64,000 bases of DNA from Candidatus Terraquivivens tengchongensis (GTDB taxonomy: Archaea; Thermoproteota; Nitrososphaeria_A; Caldarchaeales; Wolframiiraptoraceae): NCBI GenBank assembly GCA_023261845.1, contig JALNJZ010000002.1, positions 64,001-128,000 of the forward strand, in the 5' to 3' direction. Below the pieces are notes generated by a model. The model did not search any database and had not been told where the DNA came from. It worked only from the letters and a program-made list of their open reading frames with translations. The position numbers and the translations under genes are program-made. Positions 17,843 through 27,956 of the stretch are shown one piece after another (the stretch's first letter is position 1; each line of letters starts with the position of its first letter).

Positions 17843-20063
17843 TTATCCCTCTTCCACGAAATCGGATATCTTCGGTATCTCCGGCGGGAGGCCCTTCCTC
17901 TTCCTTATCTCCGCTATGACTTTGTCCCTTATTGACGCTGGAACGGGTTTCCAAGAAGAAAACTCAGTAGCCCAGAAGGCCTTGCCCATCGTCACGCTTC
18001 TCATGACCTCGCTAAGGTCGAAAGTCTCAGCTGCTGGAATCTCACCCTGTATTACTGTTATGTACTCGGCTTGTTTTATGTCCAGCACCTTTCCTCTCTT
18101 GGAGCTTATGACACTGGTTACGGCGCCCATAAATTCGGGCGATACCTTTGCCTCCAGCTTTAGTATGGGTTCAAGCAGCACGGGGTCGGCGCTCAGTATG
18201 CTGGCATAGAGGCTCCTCCATGTCGCCGGCGCTATCTGGGCATAGCCTCTGTGTACAGGGTCCTCATGTAACTCCACGTTAACTAAAACCGCCTTTACTC
18301 CCCTCATAGCTTCGCCGGCGAGCGGACCTTCCGACACTACCCTTTGGAAACCGCCTATTATCATCATCTTGGATTCATGAAGATATTGTGCCCCTTTCGT
18401 CATGTCAACGAGTATGTTGCCTCTGGGGTCGATGCACCAAACGTTCCTAGCTTCTTCTGCATCCCATCCATGGTCCCGCAGTATCTTCGCCACCTGTTTC
18501 CTGTCCATCTCGTCATAAAGCTCACCTGACCTTATCAGCTCTATTACTTCAGGCTCCAACGGTTCTGCCCTAATGTATATCCTATTGTGTTTGTTCGGCG
18601 ATTTACCTTCGAAGACCTTCCCCACTTTCTGGACAGCTTCTCTGTAGAGGATTATCGGTTTGCTTGGGATGACTTCCAGACCTGCCTTCGCTATCCATGT
18701 TAAAGCTATCTCCAGATGTAAAGTACCCATACCGCTTATCAGATACTCACCGGTCTCAGGTCTTACAGTTGTGACTAGCGTTGGGTCTTCTATGCTCAGT
18801 TTATTTAAGAAATCTACCAGCTTTGGTAAATCCTTGCTATGCTTTGGCTCTATCGATATTGTTACGACGGGTTCCGACACGTACTTTAACGTTTCGAACG
18901 GAACCATATCTACGGTTGCAAGCGTATCACCCGCCCTTGCATTTTCTACACCTAAGAGTGCAGGTATGTTACCAGCCGGTAGGCTACCGACTATCTCCCT
19001 TGCGGGACCCATGTATACGGCAACTTGTTGAACTCTTTCTGTTATATTCCTTCCGACCAGCAACAAAGTATTGCCATCACTCACGATACCGCTGAATAGC
19101 CTACCTGTTACCACGACACCGGCTTGTGGATCAACCTTTACGTCAGTTACTGCCATAACCGTAGGACCGTTCTCGTCGCATTCCATCATGGCCCTGCCGA
19201 CGTCGCTATCTAGCGGCCCCTTCCATATCTTCGGTATTCTGTACTTTTGAGCCACGTGCGGAGGCGGATGGTGGTTTATTACCATCTCGAGAATCGCTTC
19301 ATGTAACGGTGCATTTTCTCTGAGCCACTCTATATCGCCCTTCGCAAACGCATTAATTACATCGCTGAACTTTATGCCCTTCTTCTGGGCTTGTTGTAGA
19401 GTGAATCCCCACCTGTCTTTTGCGCTACCTATCGCCACGCTGCCGGCGGCTATACTAACCTTCCACTTATCCCTAAACTCTGGTTCGGCATACATTTCTA
19501 TCAGTCTGTTGATGTCCATTATTATCCTACCCAGCGTCTCCTGGATTCTTTCAGGGGTCAGCTTCAGCTCCTTAACCAGCCTATCGATTTTGTTTATGTA
19601 GAGAACCGGCTTAACCCTTTCTTGCACTGCCTGCCTTATCACGGTCTCCGTCTGCGTCATGACACCCTCAACTGCATCCACCACGACCACCGCGCCGTCT
19701 ATCGCTCTCAGAGCCCTCGTGACCCTTCCAGAGAAGTCAACATGTCCAGGCGTGTCTATGAGATTTATTATGTAAGGCTTTGAGTCCATCTCATAATATA
19801 GGCTGATGTTAGCTGCCTTGATCGTCATCTGACGTTGTTGTTCTTCTTCGAGATAGTCTAAGGCCAATGCCTTCCCAGCTAAAGATGGTGAGAGTAACCC
19901 TGCTGCAGCTAGAAGACTGTCCGTAGTTGTTGTCTTTCCGTGGTCTACTTACCCCCTAAGGATGTTACGGTCCTTAGGTATGGGCTATGATGCCGACGTT
20001 CCTTATACTATCTTTATTTTTCAGAATGTCTACGACTTCGCTGATCTTCTTCACCCTAGGCAT
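17843..20063 (-). CDS. fusA: Translation elongation factor 2, two exons (20063-19980 and 19948-17843), 729 aa after splicing
   Basis: Exon 1 MPRVKKISEVVDILKNKDSIRNVGIIAH joins exon 2 VDHGKTTTTDSLL...; DTPGHVDF, NKID and diphthamide loop HEDPVHRG present; ORF track shows only the truncated 674 aa. Confidence 0.95.
19949..19979 (-). other. Putative 31-nt bulge-helix-bulge intron in EF-2 mRNA
   Basis: Insert ACCTAAGGACCGTAACATCCTTAGGGGGTAA; 8-bp stem CCTAAGGA/TCCTTAGG; central helix GCCC/GGGU; 3-nt bulges AUA and AAG; cutting after bulge nt 2 restores frame and P-loop. Confidence 0.88.
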
Positions 20064-20297
20064 TTTCCTTCAACACCTGAGGACTCGTTTAAAATACTGC
20101 CATATATAGTTGCCACCAGCGGACTTTTGTCTTGGAAAGCCATTGTCAGGCTTGTATCAAGCTTTTTAACGGTCTCATAGCTCGTATAATGCCTTATTTT
20201 CAACATTTACTCTAACTCTAAAAGTCAAGGATGCTTTTTAGTTATAAAACTTACTTGCGGTTTAGTTGGAGGGCGCTGAGGGGCGTAAGTGTCGTCT

Positions 20298-20603
20298 TTA
20301 AGCACTCTTTCCAAGTTTTTCCATTACGTCGTTGTATATTTCAGTCCTTGTTCTTCCTTCCGTCGGTACACCTAGCTTCTTCGCCATATCCATAAGCATA
20401 TCAACGTCTTTCTTCAATTCTTGAACGTCTATAGTTGATGCGGCCTGTTCCTTAATTTCCTCTGCCTCTTTCATAGCCTTCTGAAACTCTTTCTTAGCCT
20501 TACCCAACGATCTCGCCAACTCAGGTATCTTGCTCGGACCCCATATGAGGAATATTACTACAAGTATTATAATGATTATCCACTCGATGCCAACTATCGC
20601 CAT
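20298..20603 (-). CDS. tatA: Twin-arginine translocase TatA/E subunit
   Basis: N-terminal TM helix then WGPSKIPELARSLGKAKKEF. Confidence 0.9.
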   Translation of the reverse strand: MAIVGIEWIIIIILVVIFLIWGPSKIPELARSLGKAKKEFQKAMKEAEEIKEQAASTIDVQELKKDVDMLMDMAKKLGVPTEGRTRTEIYNDVMEKLGKSA

Positions 20604-20728
20604 GGCCGTTCTACCGTTAAATACCCAAAACTTGTTAAAAAGGGTTACGCACCAACCAAATTTAACGCTGCTTATTCATCGCATCTCCATATGTTTTTAT
20701 ATAGGCGAAGGGTTTGGATGCTCGAGAA

Positions 20729-21199
20729 ATGTCGGGAGAATTCAAGTACATCGTCAGAATCTTGGGCACGGACATAGACGGGACGCTTAAAATACCGTAT
20801 GCCCTTGCGAAAGTGAAGGGCATAGGAATAAACCTTGGCTATGCTATAGCAAGGGTCTTAGGACTCGATACTGAGACGAGGATAGGTTATCTGACAGAAC
20901 AGCAACTCCAACGCATAGAAGCTGTCGCGAAAAATCCCTTAGAATATGGCATACCAGACTGGATGGTAAACAGAAATAGTCCAGCTCCAACAGAAAAGAA
21001 ACATCTCATCGGCGCAGACTTAGAGCTTGCAATCAAAGAGGATATTGAAAGAGAGATAAGGATAAAATCTTGGAGGGGAGTTAGGCATTCGTTAGGTCTT
21101 AAGGTGAGGGGACAAAGAACCAGGACTACCGGTAGGAAAGGCGGCCCGGTCGGAGTATCAAGAAGGGCGGTTAAGGCTACTGAAAAGGAAAAAAAGTAA
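20729..21199 (+). CDS. rps13: 30S ribosomal protein S13
   Basis: FKYIVRILGTDIDG, SWRGVRHSLGLKVRGQRTRTTGR; ATG at 20729 preferred over upstream TTG. Confidence 0.96.
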   Translation: MSGEFKYIVRILGTDIDGTLKIPYALAKVKGIGINLGYAIARVLGLDTETRIGYLTEQQLQRIEAVAKNPLEYGIPDWMVNRNSPAPTEKKHLIGADLELAIKEDIEREIRIKSWRGVRHSLGLKVRGQRTRTTGRKGGPVGVSRRAVKATEKEKK

Positions 21200-21208
21200 A
21201 ACACCTAA

Positions 21209-22342
21209 CTATTCAAATTCTCTCCTAGCCAATCCTGCACCTGCCACTAGAGCTTTTTCTTTCTCGTAAGCAACCTCCCATGTCCTCGTCCTAAGACCAC
21301 AATCATTCGATGCTATTATCTTGGAAGGGTCATCCAATAATCTGGCCGCGTAGAGCAGCCTATCCCTCACAAGTTCTGGCGATTCTATAAAGTCCGTATG
21401 CACATCTATCACGCCGGGCGCAACCTTCATCTCCGCTCCATACTCCTTGAACAATCTTAGTATGGAGTAACCGGGTCTAGAGCTTTCGTCCCTGCCAAGC
21501 ATTTTCGTATCTCTGTTAGCACACTCAATCGATATGTGTTCGGCCTTCAGGTCCAGTATGTGTGGGAAGAGGAGCCTATAGTCGCTATAGCATATGTGTA
21601 CAGAGAAGATGCAATCGAGTCCCTTCACGGCTTCGTTGAACCCTTCCACGAATATGTCAACTTCATTTGGTTTTGTCGTGGCAGCAGGTTCGTCTATCTG
21701 AATCCTTTTTGCCCCAACCTTTATGAGAGCTTCTAAGTTTGGTCTTATGACTTCTTTTACAAGGTCGAGTACCATATCGCGTTTATTTACTCTTCTTCTT
21801 TCAAACGGGTCATCGATGTTTAACTTTCTTTTTGCATAAAATTCATCAAAAGACCAGTCTGCCAACGTGTAAGGCCCAGTTATCGGAATCTTGAGCTCGC
21901 GTCTTGCTTTCTTTTTTGCAAACTCAAACTCTTCTATGTGATAAGGTTTTATTAGCGATGGTTTGTCGAAGACTGCTGCTTTTTTGAATATTTCGAAGTC
22001 CCAGACTTTAACGTAACCTACAAACTTGAATCCTTTTACATGCATCAGCGGGTATTCGTACATCTCGACCCTTCTTTGTTCACCATCGTAAACGATGTCC
22101 AACCCTGCCGATTCATGAAACCTTATACCGTATAACGATGCCCAATCTTCTAAGCTTTTTAGCTTATCATCACTTTGTATGCCAGGCTTAAGCTGTGCAA
22201 TTAACTCTTCAAAATTCTCTACACCAATGCGAATGGCCCAATCCTTTGATATTCTTATGTGCTCCTCGGACAACCTTCTTCGCAAGAACGGTGCTTTTGA
22301 GAGACTTCCGACTTCTTGCGTTGGGAACAGCTTTTTGGTTAT
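21209..22342 (-). CDS. metE: Cobalamin-independent methionine synthase, catalytic half of split MetE (probable ATA start)
   Basis: DGEQRR, TGPYTL, IQIDEPA, HICY, PGVIDVH, NDCGLR Zn ligands; frame extends upstream of the annotated TTG through FPTQEVGSL. Confidence 0.85.
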   Translation of the reverse strand: MTKKLFPTQEVGSLSKAPFLRRRLSEEHIRISKDWAIRIGVENFEELIAQLKPGIQSDDKLKSLEDWASLYGIRFHESAGLDIVYDGEQRRVEMYEYPLMHVKGFKFVGYVKVWDFEIFKKAAVFDKPSLIKPYHIEEFEFAKKKARRELKIPITGPYTLADWSFDEFYAKRKLNIDDPFERRRVNKRDMVLDLVKEVIRPNLEALIKVGAKRIQIDEPAATTKPNEVDIFVEGFNEAVKGLDCIFSVHICYSDYRLLFPHILDLKAEHISIECANRDTKMLGRDESSRPGYSILRLFKEYGAEMKVAPGVIDVHTDFIESPELVRDRLLYAARLLDDPSKIIASNDCGLRTRTWEVAYEKEKALVAGAGLARREFE

Positions 22343-22345
22343 AGG

Positions 22346-23293
22346 TTACACCTCCTTCAGGAGCTTTAGAGCGCTACCTATGTTCCTTATTTTTATGTTT
22401 GCCACATCCTTTGGTAAAAACTCTAACCCAGAGCTCGGGTTCACATACACTTGTTTGACTGAGGTCTCTGATAGGACTTTCATAACGGACGAGACAATTT
22501 CGTCTGGTGTCTCGAGTACCGTATTTCGAGCGTCAACGCACCCCATCCCTAAAATTTTTGTGAAGTCGTATTCCTTTAAGTCCTTAAATGGTGTAACCGT
22601 CATATCTACGCCGATCATGTCGACCGGAAAATCTAGAAGCTCGGGCATAGCATTACCAACCCTTCCAAAACACGTATGGATAGACAACATACCTCCGTAT
22701 CTCCTTCTTATTATATCAACGGCATTCATCGCCAACTCTATCTCAACTTTAGGAAGTTTTTCGTAGACTAGGCTGGGCGCTGTTAACTGAACGTGTACGG
22801 CGGGAAGTGCGCGAATTTCTTCCGCCATGGCTTCGGCAACGTCGTAGACCAAATCTTCAAATCGTCTATAGCTTTTGTTAACTGAAAGTTTTAAAAACGT
22901 GTACGGGTCAGGAATGATTACCTTGAGCCTTTTGGGTGGCACTAGGTCATAAAAAAGCATATCTTCAAGTATTGGTCTCGTCCTTTCAACCTTTCCTACA
23001 ATTACAGGCTGTTTGTAGAACGCGTTGTTATCAAACCATCTGGCAAGACCGCCAACCTCTACACCGCTTAATCTCTCCGTGAATGGTCTTAGGAGGTCAT
23101 GCCAGTTCAGCATGCCGTCTATGATTACAGTAAACTCGTTTTCCAGTTGGACCTTAATGTTTTCTTCAGCTTCTTTCCTTATCAGATCGTCCAAAGCTTG
23201 CTTAGCAAGCTTACCTTTTGCATACTCTCTATAAGCTTTCATGAGCTCTTCCGAGCGAGGTTGTGGACCTACGAGGTGTCCTGATATCTTCAT
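22346..23293 (-). CDS. Split MetE, N-terminal-like half
   Basis: VGPQPRSEEL, DGMLNWHDLLRP, RWFDNNAFYKQP, GCVDARNT, PSSGLEFLP; adjacent to catalytic half. Confidence 0.8.
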   Translation of the reverse strand: MKISGHLVGPQPRSEELMKAYREYAKGKLAKQALDDLIRKEAEENIKVQLENEFTVIIDGMLNWHDLLRPFTERLSGVEVGGLARWFDNNAFYKQPVIVGKVERTRPILEDMLFYDLVPPKRLKVIIPDPYTFLKLSVNKSYRRFEDLVYDVAEAMAEEIRALPAVHVQLTAPSLVYEKLPKVEIELAMNAVDIIRRRYGGMLSIHTCFGRVGNAMPELLDFPVDMIGVDMTVTPFKDLKEYDFTKILGMGCVDARNTVLETPDEIVSSVMKVLSETSVKQVYVNPSSGLEFLPKDVANIKIRNIGSALKLLKEV

Positions 23294-23371
23294 ACATCAA
23301 CCCTAACTGTCCGATTAAAGCTCAGTTTGTTTTTAAATAAGTTTTATACGTTCCGTTACGTTGTTTCGCCA

Positions 23372-24376
23372 TCACCTTAGCTTAACAGTATATCCTGGAA
23401 ATATGGGAGAACTTGGGTCGATGTAGTGTTTAGCGCAGTTGACGGCTATTATGGCTTGCGCGAAACCTATCGCTATTAAGTTTAATTTGGGAGAATCTAC
23501 CGGGCTTGCTACGTCTCCTGCCGCGAAAACGCCGGGTATATTGGTCTCCATTTTTCCGTTCACTCTTATACCATGCTCATCCATATCAAGCCCCCAACTC
23601 TTATAGAGTGAGTTGTTCATTTCGTAACCAATCTGCGGTATGAGACAGTCTGTCTCTAAGGTAACTTCTTCGCCTGTCTCCACATTAGTTAACGTAACGG
23701 ATTCTAGTTTTTCCGTACCATGTGCATCCTTTACAACATAAGGGATTAGTACGCGGACATTTGAATGAAAGAGTTCAATTACTTTTGCTTCATGTGCTCT
23801 AAAACCCGCCCTACGATGGACAAGTATTACTTCAGATGCTATATCTTTTAGATTTAATGCCCAATCGACAGCAGAATCGCCGCCGCCCACTATTATGACC
23901 TTTTTATCTCTGAACATCCACTTATTTGTGATTGAGTAGTAGACCCCCCTACCCTCAAACCTATCAACGCTTGGTATTCCAAGCTTCTTCATAGATAGCG
24001 CACCCATACCGGTCGTAAGCAGAACGGTTTTACTGTAATGAAGGCCTTTTGTAGTCTCCAGTTCTATGAGTTTTTCATCTAAGCGTCTTAAAGCGACGAC
24101 CCTTTCGTTTAATCTTATGGTCGGGTTAACTTGCATAGCCTGCTCCTCTAACCTCTTGACAAGGTCCTGTGCGGGTATCTTCGTGCATCCAGGCACATCG
24201 TATATGTACTTGTCAGGATAAAGGGCCGAAAGTTGACCGCCAAGATGGGGAAGTGCTTCGATCAACTTTGTTTTCATGTTCCTAATGCCTGAATAGAAAG
24301 CAGCAAATAAACCGACCGGCCCGCCACCGACTATCGTTATGTCGTACACTTCTTTATCTATATCGTGAAGAGACAT
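23372..24376 (-). CDS. Thioredoxin-reductase-like ferredoxin--NADP+ reductase (YumC-type)
   Basis: GGGPVG, GGQLSALYPDKYIYDVPG, GGGDSAVDWA, FAAGD; lacks the TrxR CxxC. Confidence 0.82.
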   Translation of the reverse strand: MSLHDIDKEVYDITIVGGGPVGLFAAFYSGIRNMKTKLIEALPHLGGQLSALYPDKYIYDVPGCTKIPAQDLVKRLEEQAMQVNPTIRLNERVVALRRLDEKLIELETTKGLHYSKTVLLTTGMGALSMKKLGIPSVDRFEGRGVYYSITNKWMFRDKKVIIVGGGDSAVDWALNLKDIASEVILVHRRAGFRAHEAKVIELFHSNVRVLIPYVVKDAHGTEKLESVTLTNVETGEEVTLETDCLIPQIGYEMNNSLYKSWGLDMDEHGIRVNGKMETNIPGVFAAGDVASPVDSPKLNLIAIGFAQAIIAVNCAKHYIDPSSPIFPGYTVKLR

Positions 24377-24513
24377 GGACCGTCAACCTGATTATTTAAA
24401 AAAGCCCGAAAAATTAAAATGTTATGTCAGTTTATTCTTGTTCAAGTTTTATACAGTGATAGCAGATATTGGGGCAAAAAAATAGAGGGAGTTTTTATAT
24501 TGCAAATTTATTT

Positions 24514-25182
24514 TTATAATTCGTAGGATTCGCCAGGCTTTAACACTACGACTTTCACATTTTTTGCTTTTCTTCGTACAAATTTTACGAATTCGTTCGG
24601 GTCCTGCTTTATGATATCAAATGTTCCATAGTGGTGCGGTATCACGACTTTAGGTTTTATCAGAGCAGTAGCCACGGCCGCCTCTAGCGGGCCCATTGTG
24701 TAGAAGCCTCCAATCGGCAGGAGCGCTACACGGGGCTTATAGAGTTGACCGATCAGCTTCATGTCACCAAATAGCGAAGTGTCACCAGCGTGGTAAATTG
24801 ATACTTTGCCATCAGAAAGAACAACACCGGATGGGTTGGACGTACATGAATGGAAGGCAGGTGTTAAAGTAATAGACAATCCGTCTATCTTTGCCGTTCC
24901 ACCAACGTTAAGTCCCACAGTTTTCTCAACACCCCGTTCTGCAGCTGCACTAGCAGTTTCGTAAACTGCGACAATGCCGGCACCGTGCCTCTTGGCAATG
25001 TCAACGGCATCCGAGAAATGATCAAAATGGTTATGTGTTACAACTATTATGTCAACTTTCTGTATCTCGTCAGGCTTTACTGCTGCTTGAGGATTATCCT
25101 TCAGGAATGGATCTATTAAAACAATTTTATCAGCTATATTAACCTCAAACGCCGCATGACCAAGCCATTTTATCGTTACCAT
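24514..25182 (-). CDS. Metallo-beta-lactamase-fold hydrolase (UPF0173-like)
   Basis: WLGHAAF, THNHFDH, YHAGDT, LPIGG, IPHHYGTF. Confidence 0.88.
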   Translation of the reverse strand: MVTIKWLGHAAFEVNIADKIVLIDPFLKDNPQAAVKPDEIQKVDIIVVTHNHFDHFSDAVDIAKRHGAGIVAVYETASAAAERGVEKTVGLNVGGTAKIDGLSITLTPAFHSCTSNPSGVVLSDGKVSIYHAGDTSLFGDMKLIGQLYKPRVALLPIGGFYTMGPLEAAVATALIKPKVVIPHHYGTFDIIKQDPNEFVKFVRRKAKNVKVVVLKPGESYEL

Positions 25183-25239
25183 GCATAAATTTTATTAATT
25201 ATTGATACTTATAAGAGTTTAAGACCTCTTGTCGCTGAG

Positions 25240-26241
25240 TTATTGTGGACTTCTAATAGTTATCGGAGCTGTCAGCTCAGCTATGTCGATGTTATTCTCA
25301 TTTATTCTTTCAATGTTCAGAACGATCTTTGTCATATAGTTTCGGATGTTATCAGGCGTGTAGCTTAAGGAAGAAAGCATCATTTCATAAAGCTTGCTAT
25401 ACTCGTTCCTTTTCTCTAAAACCTTAAGCGCTAAGAAAACGTCCTCCGAGAGGAAGGCCTCTATCGATTCTATACCAACTTTCGTAACTATGTCGTCTAA
25501 CTGCTTGAAAATGCTTAGTAGATTTTCAGGTATCTGCAGTCCCTTATTTTTCAACACTTCCATAGATACCGAGGCGGCATGGTCACCACTATCTTCAAGG
25601 AACTTTGCAACGAGTCTGAAATCCATTAGCCTGAGTGGGGAAAGACCCATTTTCTTAGCAATTTCTGGATCTCTTATTGCGAATCGCACTATCCTAACGA
25701 GTGTGAAGTAATGCCTGTCAACTTCTTCGTCGCGCTGCAAACTTTTTTCGGCCAGATTCAAGTCACTGTTCATAACTGACGCCAAAGAATCCGACACCAT
25801 ACTATTTACGAGTGAGCCCATGCGTCTTAGAACCTTATCTGGGGTTACTGCTTCAGGGTCAAGCAATATCTGTATCTCCATACTGTTAGGTAGTTCTTCG
25901 ATTATCTCGGCTCCAGCCAGCCTCCTTACGCATTTCCTTATCTCGTTAATCGTCTCACTCTTGAATGGTTTTGACGATTTTAACTTGATGATGTTAAAGC
26001 CCATCAGATAGCTGCCGACTATATCTCTCACGACCACCGGGCTATCTTCTATTACTATCTCGCTCGTGTCCCTCGCCAGCTGCCTGCCCTCGGGCGTTAT
26101 GAGTAGGGAGCCATCTTCCAGTACTTCAACGTTAAGTGTGGCACCCTCCGCAATATCCAGCCTCTTAACCCAACTCTTTGGAAGCGTTATCGCGTATGAT
26201 CCACCACCAGTGAGCTGTAAGACCCTTTTGTGGGAGGGCAT
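25240..26241 (-). CDS. AbrB-PhoU domain phosphate uptake regulator family protein
   Basis: RVLQLTGGGSYAITLPKSW (AbrB/SpoVT) plus PhoU repeats (RDEEVDR); start set at ATG 26241. Confidence 0.82.
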   Translation of the reverse strand: MPSHKRVLQLTGGGSYAITLPKSWVKRLDIAEGATLNVEVLEDGSLLITPEGRQLARDTSEIVIEDSPVVVRDIVGSYLMGFNIIKLKSSKPFKSETINEIRKCVRRLAGAEIIEELPNSMEIQILLDPEAVTPDKVLRRMGSLVNSMVSDSLASVMNSDLNLAEKSLQRDEEVDRHYFTLVRIVRFAIRDPEIAKKMGLSPLRLMDFRLVAKFLEDSGDHAASVSMEVLKNKGLQIPENLLSIFKQLDDIVTKVGIESIEAFLSEDVFLALKVLEKRNEYSKLYEMMLSSLSYTPDNIRNYMTKIVLNIERINENNIDIAELTAPITIRSPQ

Positions 26242-26382
26242 TATTTCCCAGTTTAGGTGTGATAGCCTGCTAAAAACGTTTTTCGGCACCCAAAGCCCAT
26301 TTTAGGCAAAGGACCGTTTTCTAAAGTTTTTGTGCTAAAAAGGTTTATTACTACCACATTCCGCTAGGGCAACTAGCGCATC

Positions 26383-26838
26383 ATGCCAGAATGGGGATAC
26401 TCAATCCAAGGATTGGACCCGGACAGGACTGTCAAGGCTAGCCTTAGGGAGGTAGATTTATCTCCAAAATTTTCGAGGGAAGTTTGTAAAGCCATCGTAG
26501 GATTGAAACTTAACGAGGCAAAGCAGCTCATGGAAGATGTCATTAATGGGAAACGCATGATTCCTTACAGACGTTATAGGAAAAAACGGGCCCATAAACG
26601 GGCCACGAAAGGGCCTGGCGGGTACCCCGTTAAGATTGCACGAAAGATGTTGAAGCTGTTGGAAAGCCTGGAAGCTAATGCAGAATTTAAAGGGCTATCA
26701 CCCGAGAACATCAAGATAATTCACGCTGCTGCTCATAAGGGTAGGACTCTAAAAAAGTATATCGAAAGAGCGTTTGGCAGGTCTTCACCGTACTTCAAAA
26801 CGCTCGTGCATATAGAGGTGATAGGTGAGGCGATATAG
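26383..26838 (+). CDS. rpl22: 50S ribosomal protein L22
   Basis: SPKFSREVC, GGYPVK, RAFGRSSP. Confidence 0.95.
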   Translation: MPEWGYSIQGLDPDRTVKASLREVDLSPKFSREVCKAIVGLKLNEAKQLMEDVINGKRMIPYRRYRKKRAHKRATKGPGGYPVKIARKMLKLLESLEANAEFKGLSPENIKIIHAAAHKGRTLKKYIERAFGRSSPYFKTLVHIEVIGEAI

Positions 26839-26840
26839 CC

Positions 26841-27464
26841 ATGTCTGCAATTAAGAAGTTACTTAGAACGAGTATTCAAAAACAAGAAATAGAGGAATAT
26901 TTGAGGGAAGAGCTTAAGGACGCGATATTCGGCGGTGTTGATATAGCCTTTACCCCAATTGGTACGAGGGTTACGATATATGCTATGAGGCCCGGGCGCG
27001 TTATAGGTGCCAAGGGACGTGTTATAAAAGAGATATCTAGCGTGCTTGAGAGCAGGTTTGGTGTCGAGAACCCGCAGGTAACTGTAGCTGAGGTTGAGGT
27101 CCCAGAGCTTAACCCTTACGTCATGGCTCAACGTATAGCATCTGCTATCGAGAGGGGAGCAAGGTACAGACGCGTGGCTTTCTGGGCATTAAGGAGGATT
27201 ATGGATGCTGGCGCAAAGGGGGTTGAGATAGAAATCAGCGGAAAACTTACCTCGGCCAGAGCCAGAAGTGAGAAGTATAGCGAAGGAATAATACCGAAAT
27301 CTGGTGAGCCTGCAGAAAAATACGTTAAGAGGGGCACGGCTAGCGTTCTGCTTAAGACAGGCCTTTACGGCATAAAGGTCTCGATATATCCTCCGGATGC
27401 TCCCTTGCCAGAAGAGGTTAAGATTGGTCAGCTTACGCAAGCAGAGAAGGTAGGTGAAGGATGA
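26841..27464 (+). CDS. rps3: 30S ribosomal protein S3
   Basis: RPGRVIG KH domain, GAKGVEIEISGKL. Confidence 0.96.
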   Translation: MSAIKKLLRTSIQKQEIEEYLREELKDAIFGGVDIAFTPIGTRVTIYAMRPGRVIGAKGRVIKEISSVLESRFGVENPQVTVAEVEVPELNPYVMAQRIASAIERGARYRRVAFWALRRIMDAGAKGVEIEISGKLTSARARSEKYSEGIIPKSGEPAEKYVKRGTASVLLKTGLYGIKVSIYPPDAPLPEEVKIGQLTQAEKVGEG

Positions 27465-27682
27465 TGATCAAAGAGCTTAAAGAATTAAGGAGCATGAGCA
27501 ATGAGGATTTGTTGAAAGAGCTCGACAATTTGAGGACAGAATATAGGGACCTTATGACTAAGATAGCGACTGGTGGAGCTGTCGAGAAGCCTGCAAGGGC
27601 CCGTAACATTAGAAGGAGAATCGCCAGAATACTTACTATACTCAGGGAAAGGGGAGCGAGGGAATATGCAATTACACGCTGA
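27461..27682 (+). CDS. rpl29: 50S ribosomal protein L29
   Basis: KELRSMS, RRRIARILTIL; operon position. Confidence 0.93.
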   Translation: MMIKELKELRSMSNEDLLKELDNLRTEYRDLMTKIATGGAVEKPARARNIRRRIARILTILRERGAREYAITR

Positions 27683-27956
27683 GCCCACAGCAAAGAACAT
27701 TATAAGACACGAACTGTTAGGTCTTAGTGTTGATGTGGAATGGAAAAATGGAAAGCAGCAGAAATGCTCCGGAGTAGTGGTCGGTGAAAGTAGGAACATG
27801 CTCAGCGTACAGTCGTCTAAAGGAAAGCGATTTTTCCCGAAGGCTGCATGCATATTCTCATTTAGGCTTCCGGATTGTTCGTGCGTAAAGGTGGATGGAG
27901 TCGTTTTGATAGGAAGACCTGAAGACCGATTGAAAAAGGTGGTGAGAAAATGGTAA
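27666..27956 (+). CDS. rnp1: Ribonuclease P protein Rpp29/POP4
   Basis: [33 protein letters not shown]; between L29 and S17. Confidence 0.9.
   Translation: MQLHAEPTAKNIIRHELLGLSVDVEWKNGKQQKCSGVVVGESRNMLSVQSSKGKRFFPKAACIFSFRLPDCSCVKVDGVVLIGRPEDRLKKVVRKW

Noticed and set aside
17843-19867. EF-2 as a truncated 674-aa ORF or frameshifted pseudogene
   Set aside because: The missing N-terminus is present and intact upstream, and the break is exactly explained by a BHB intron
19962-20180. 72-aa plus-strand ORF
   Set aside because: Antisense to EF-2 exon 1 and its promoter; no recognisable motif
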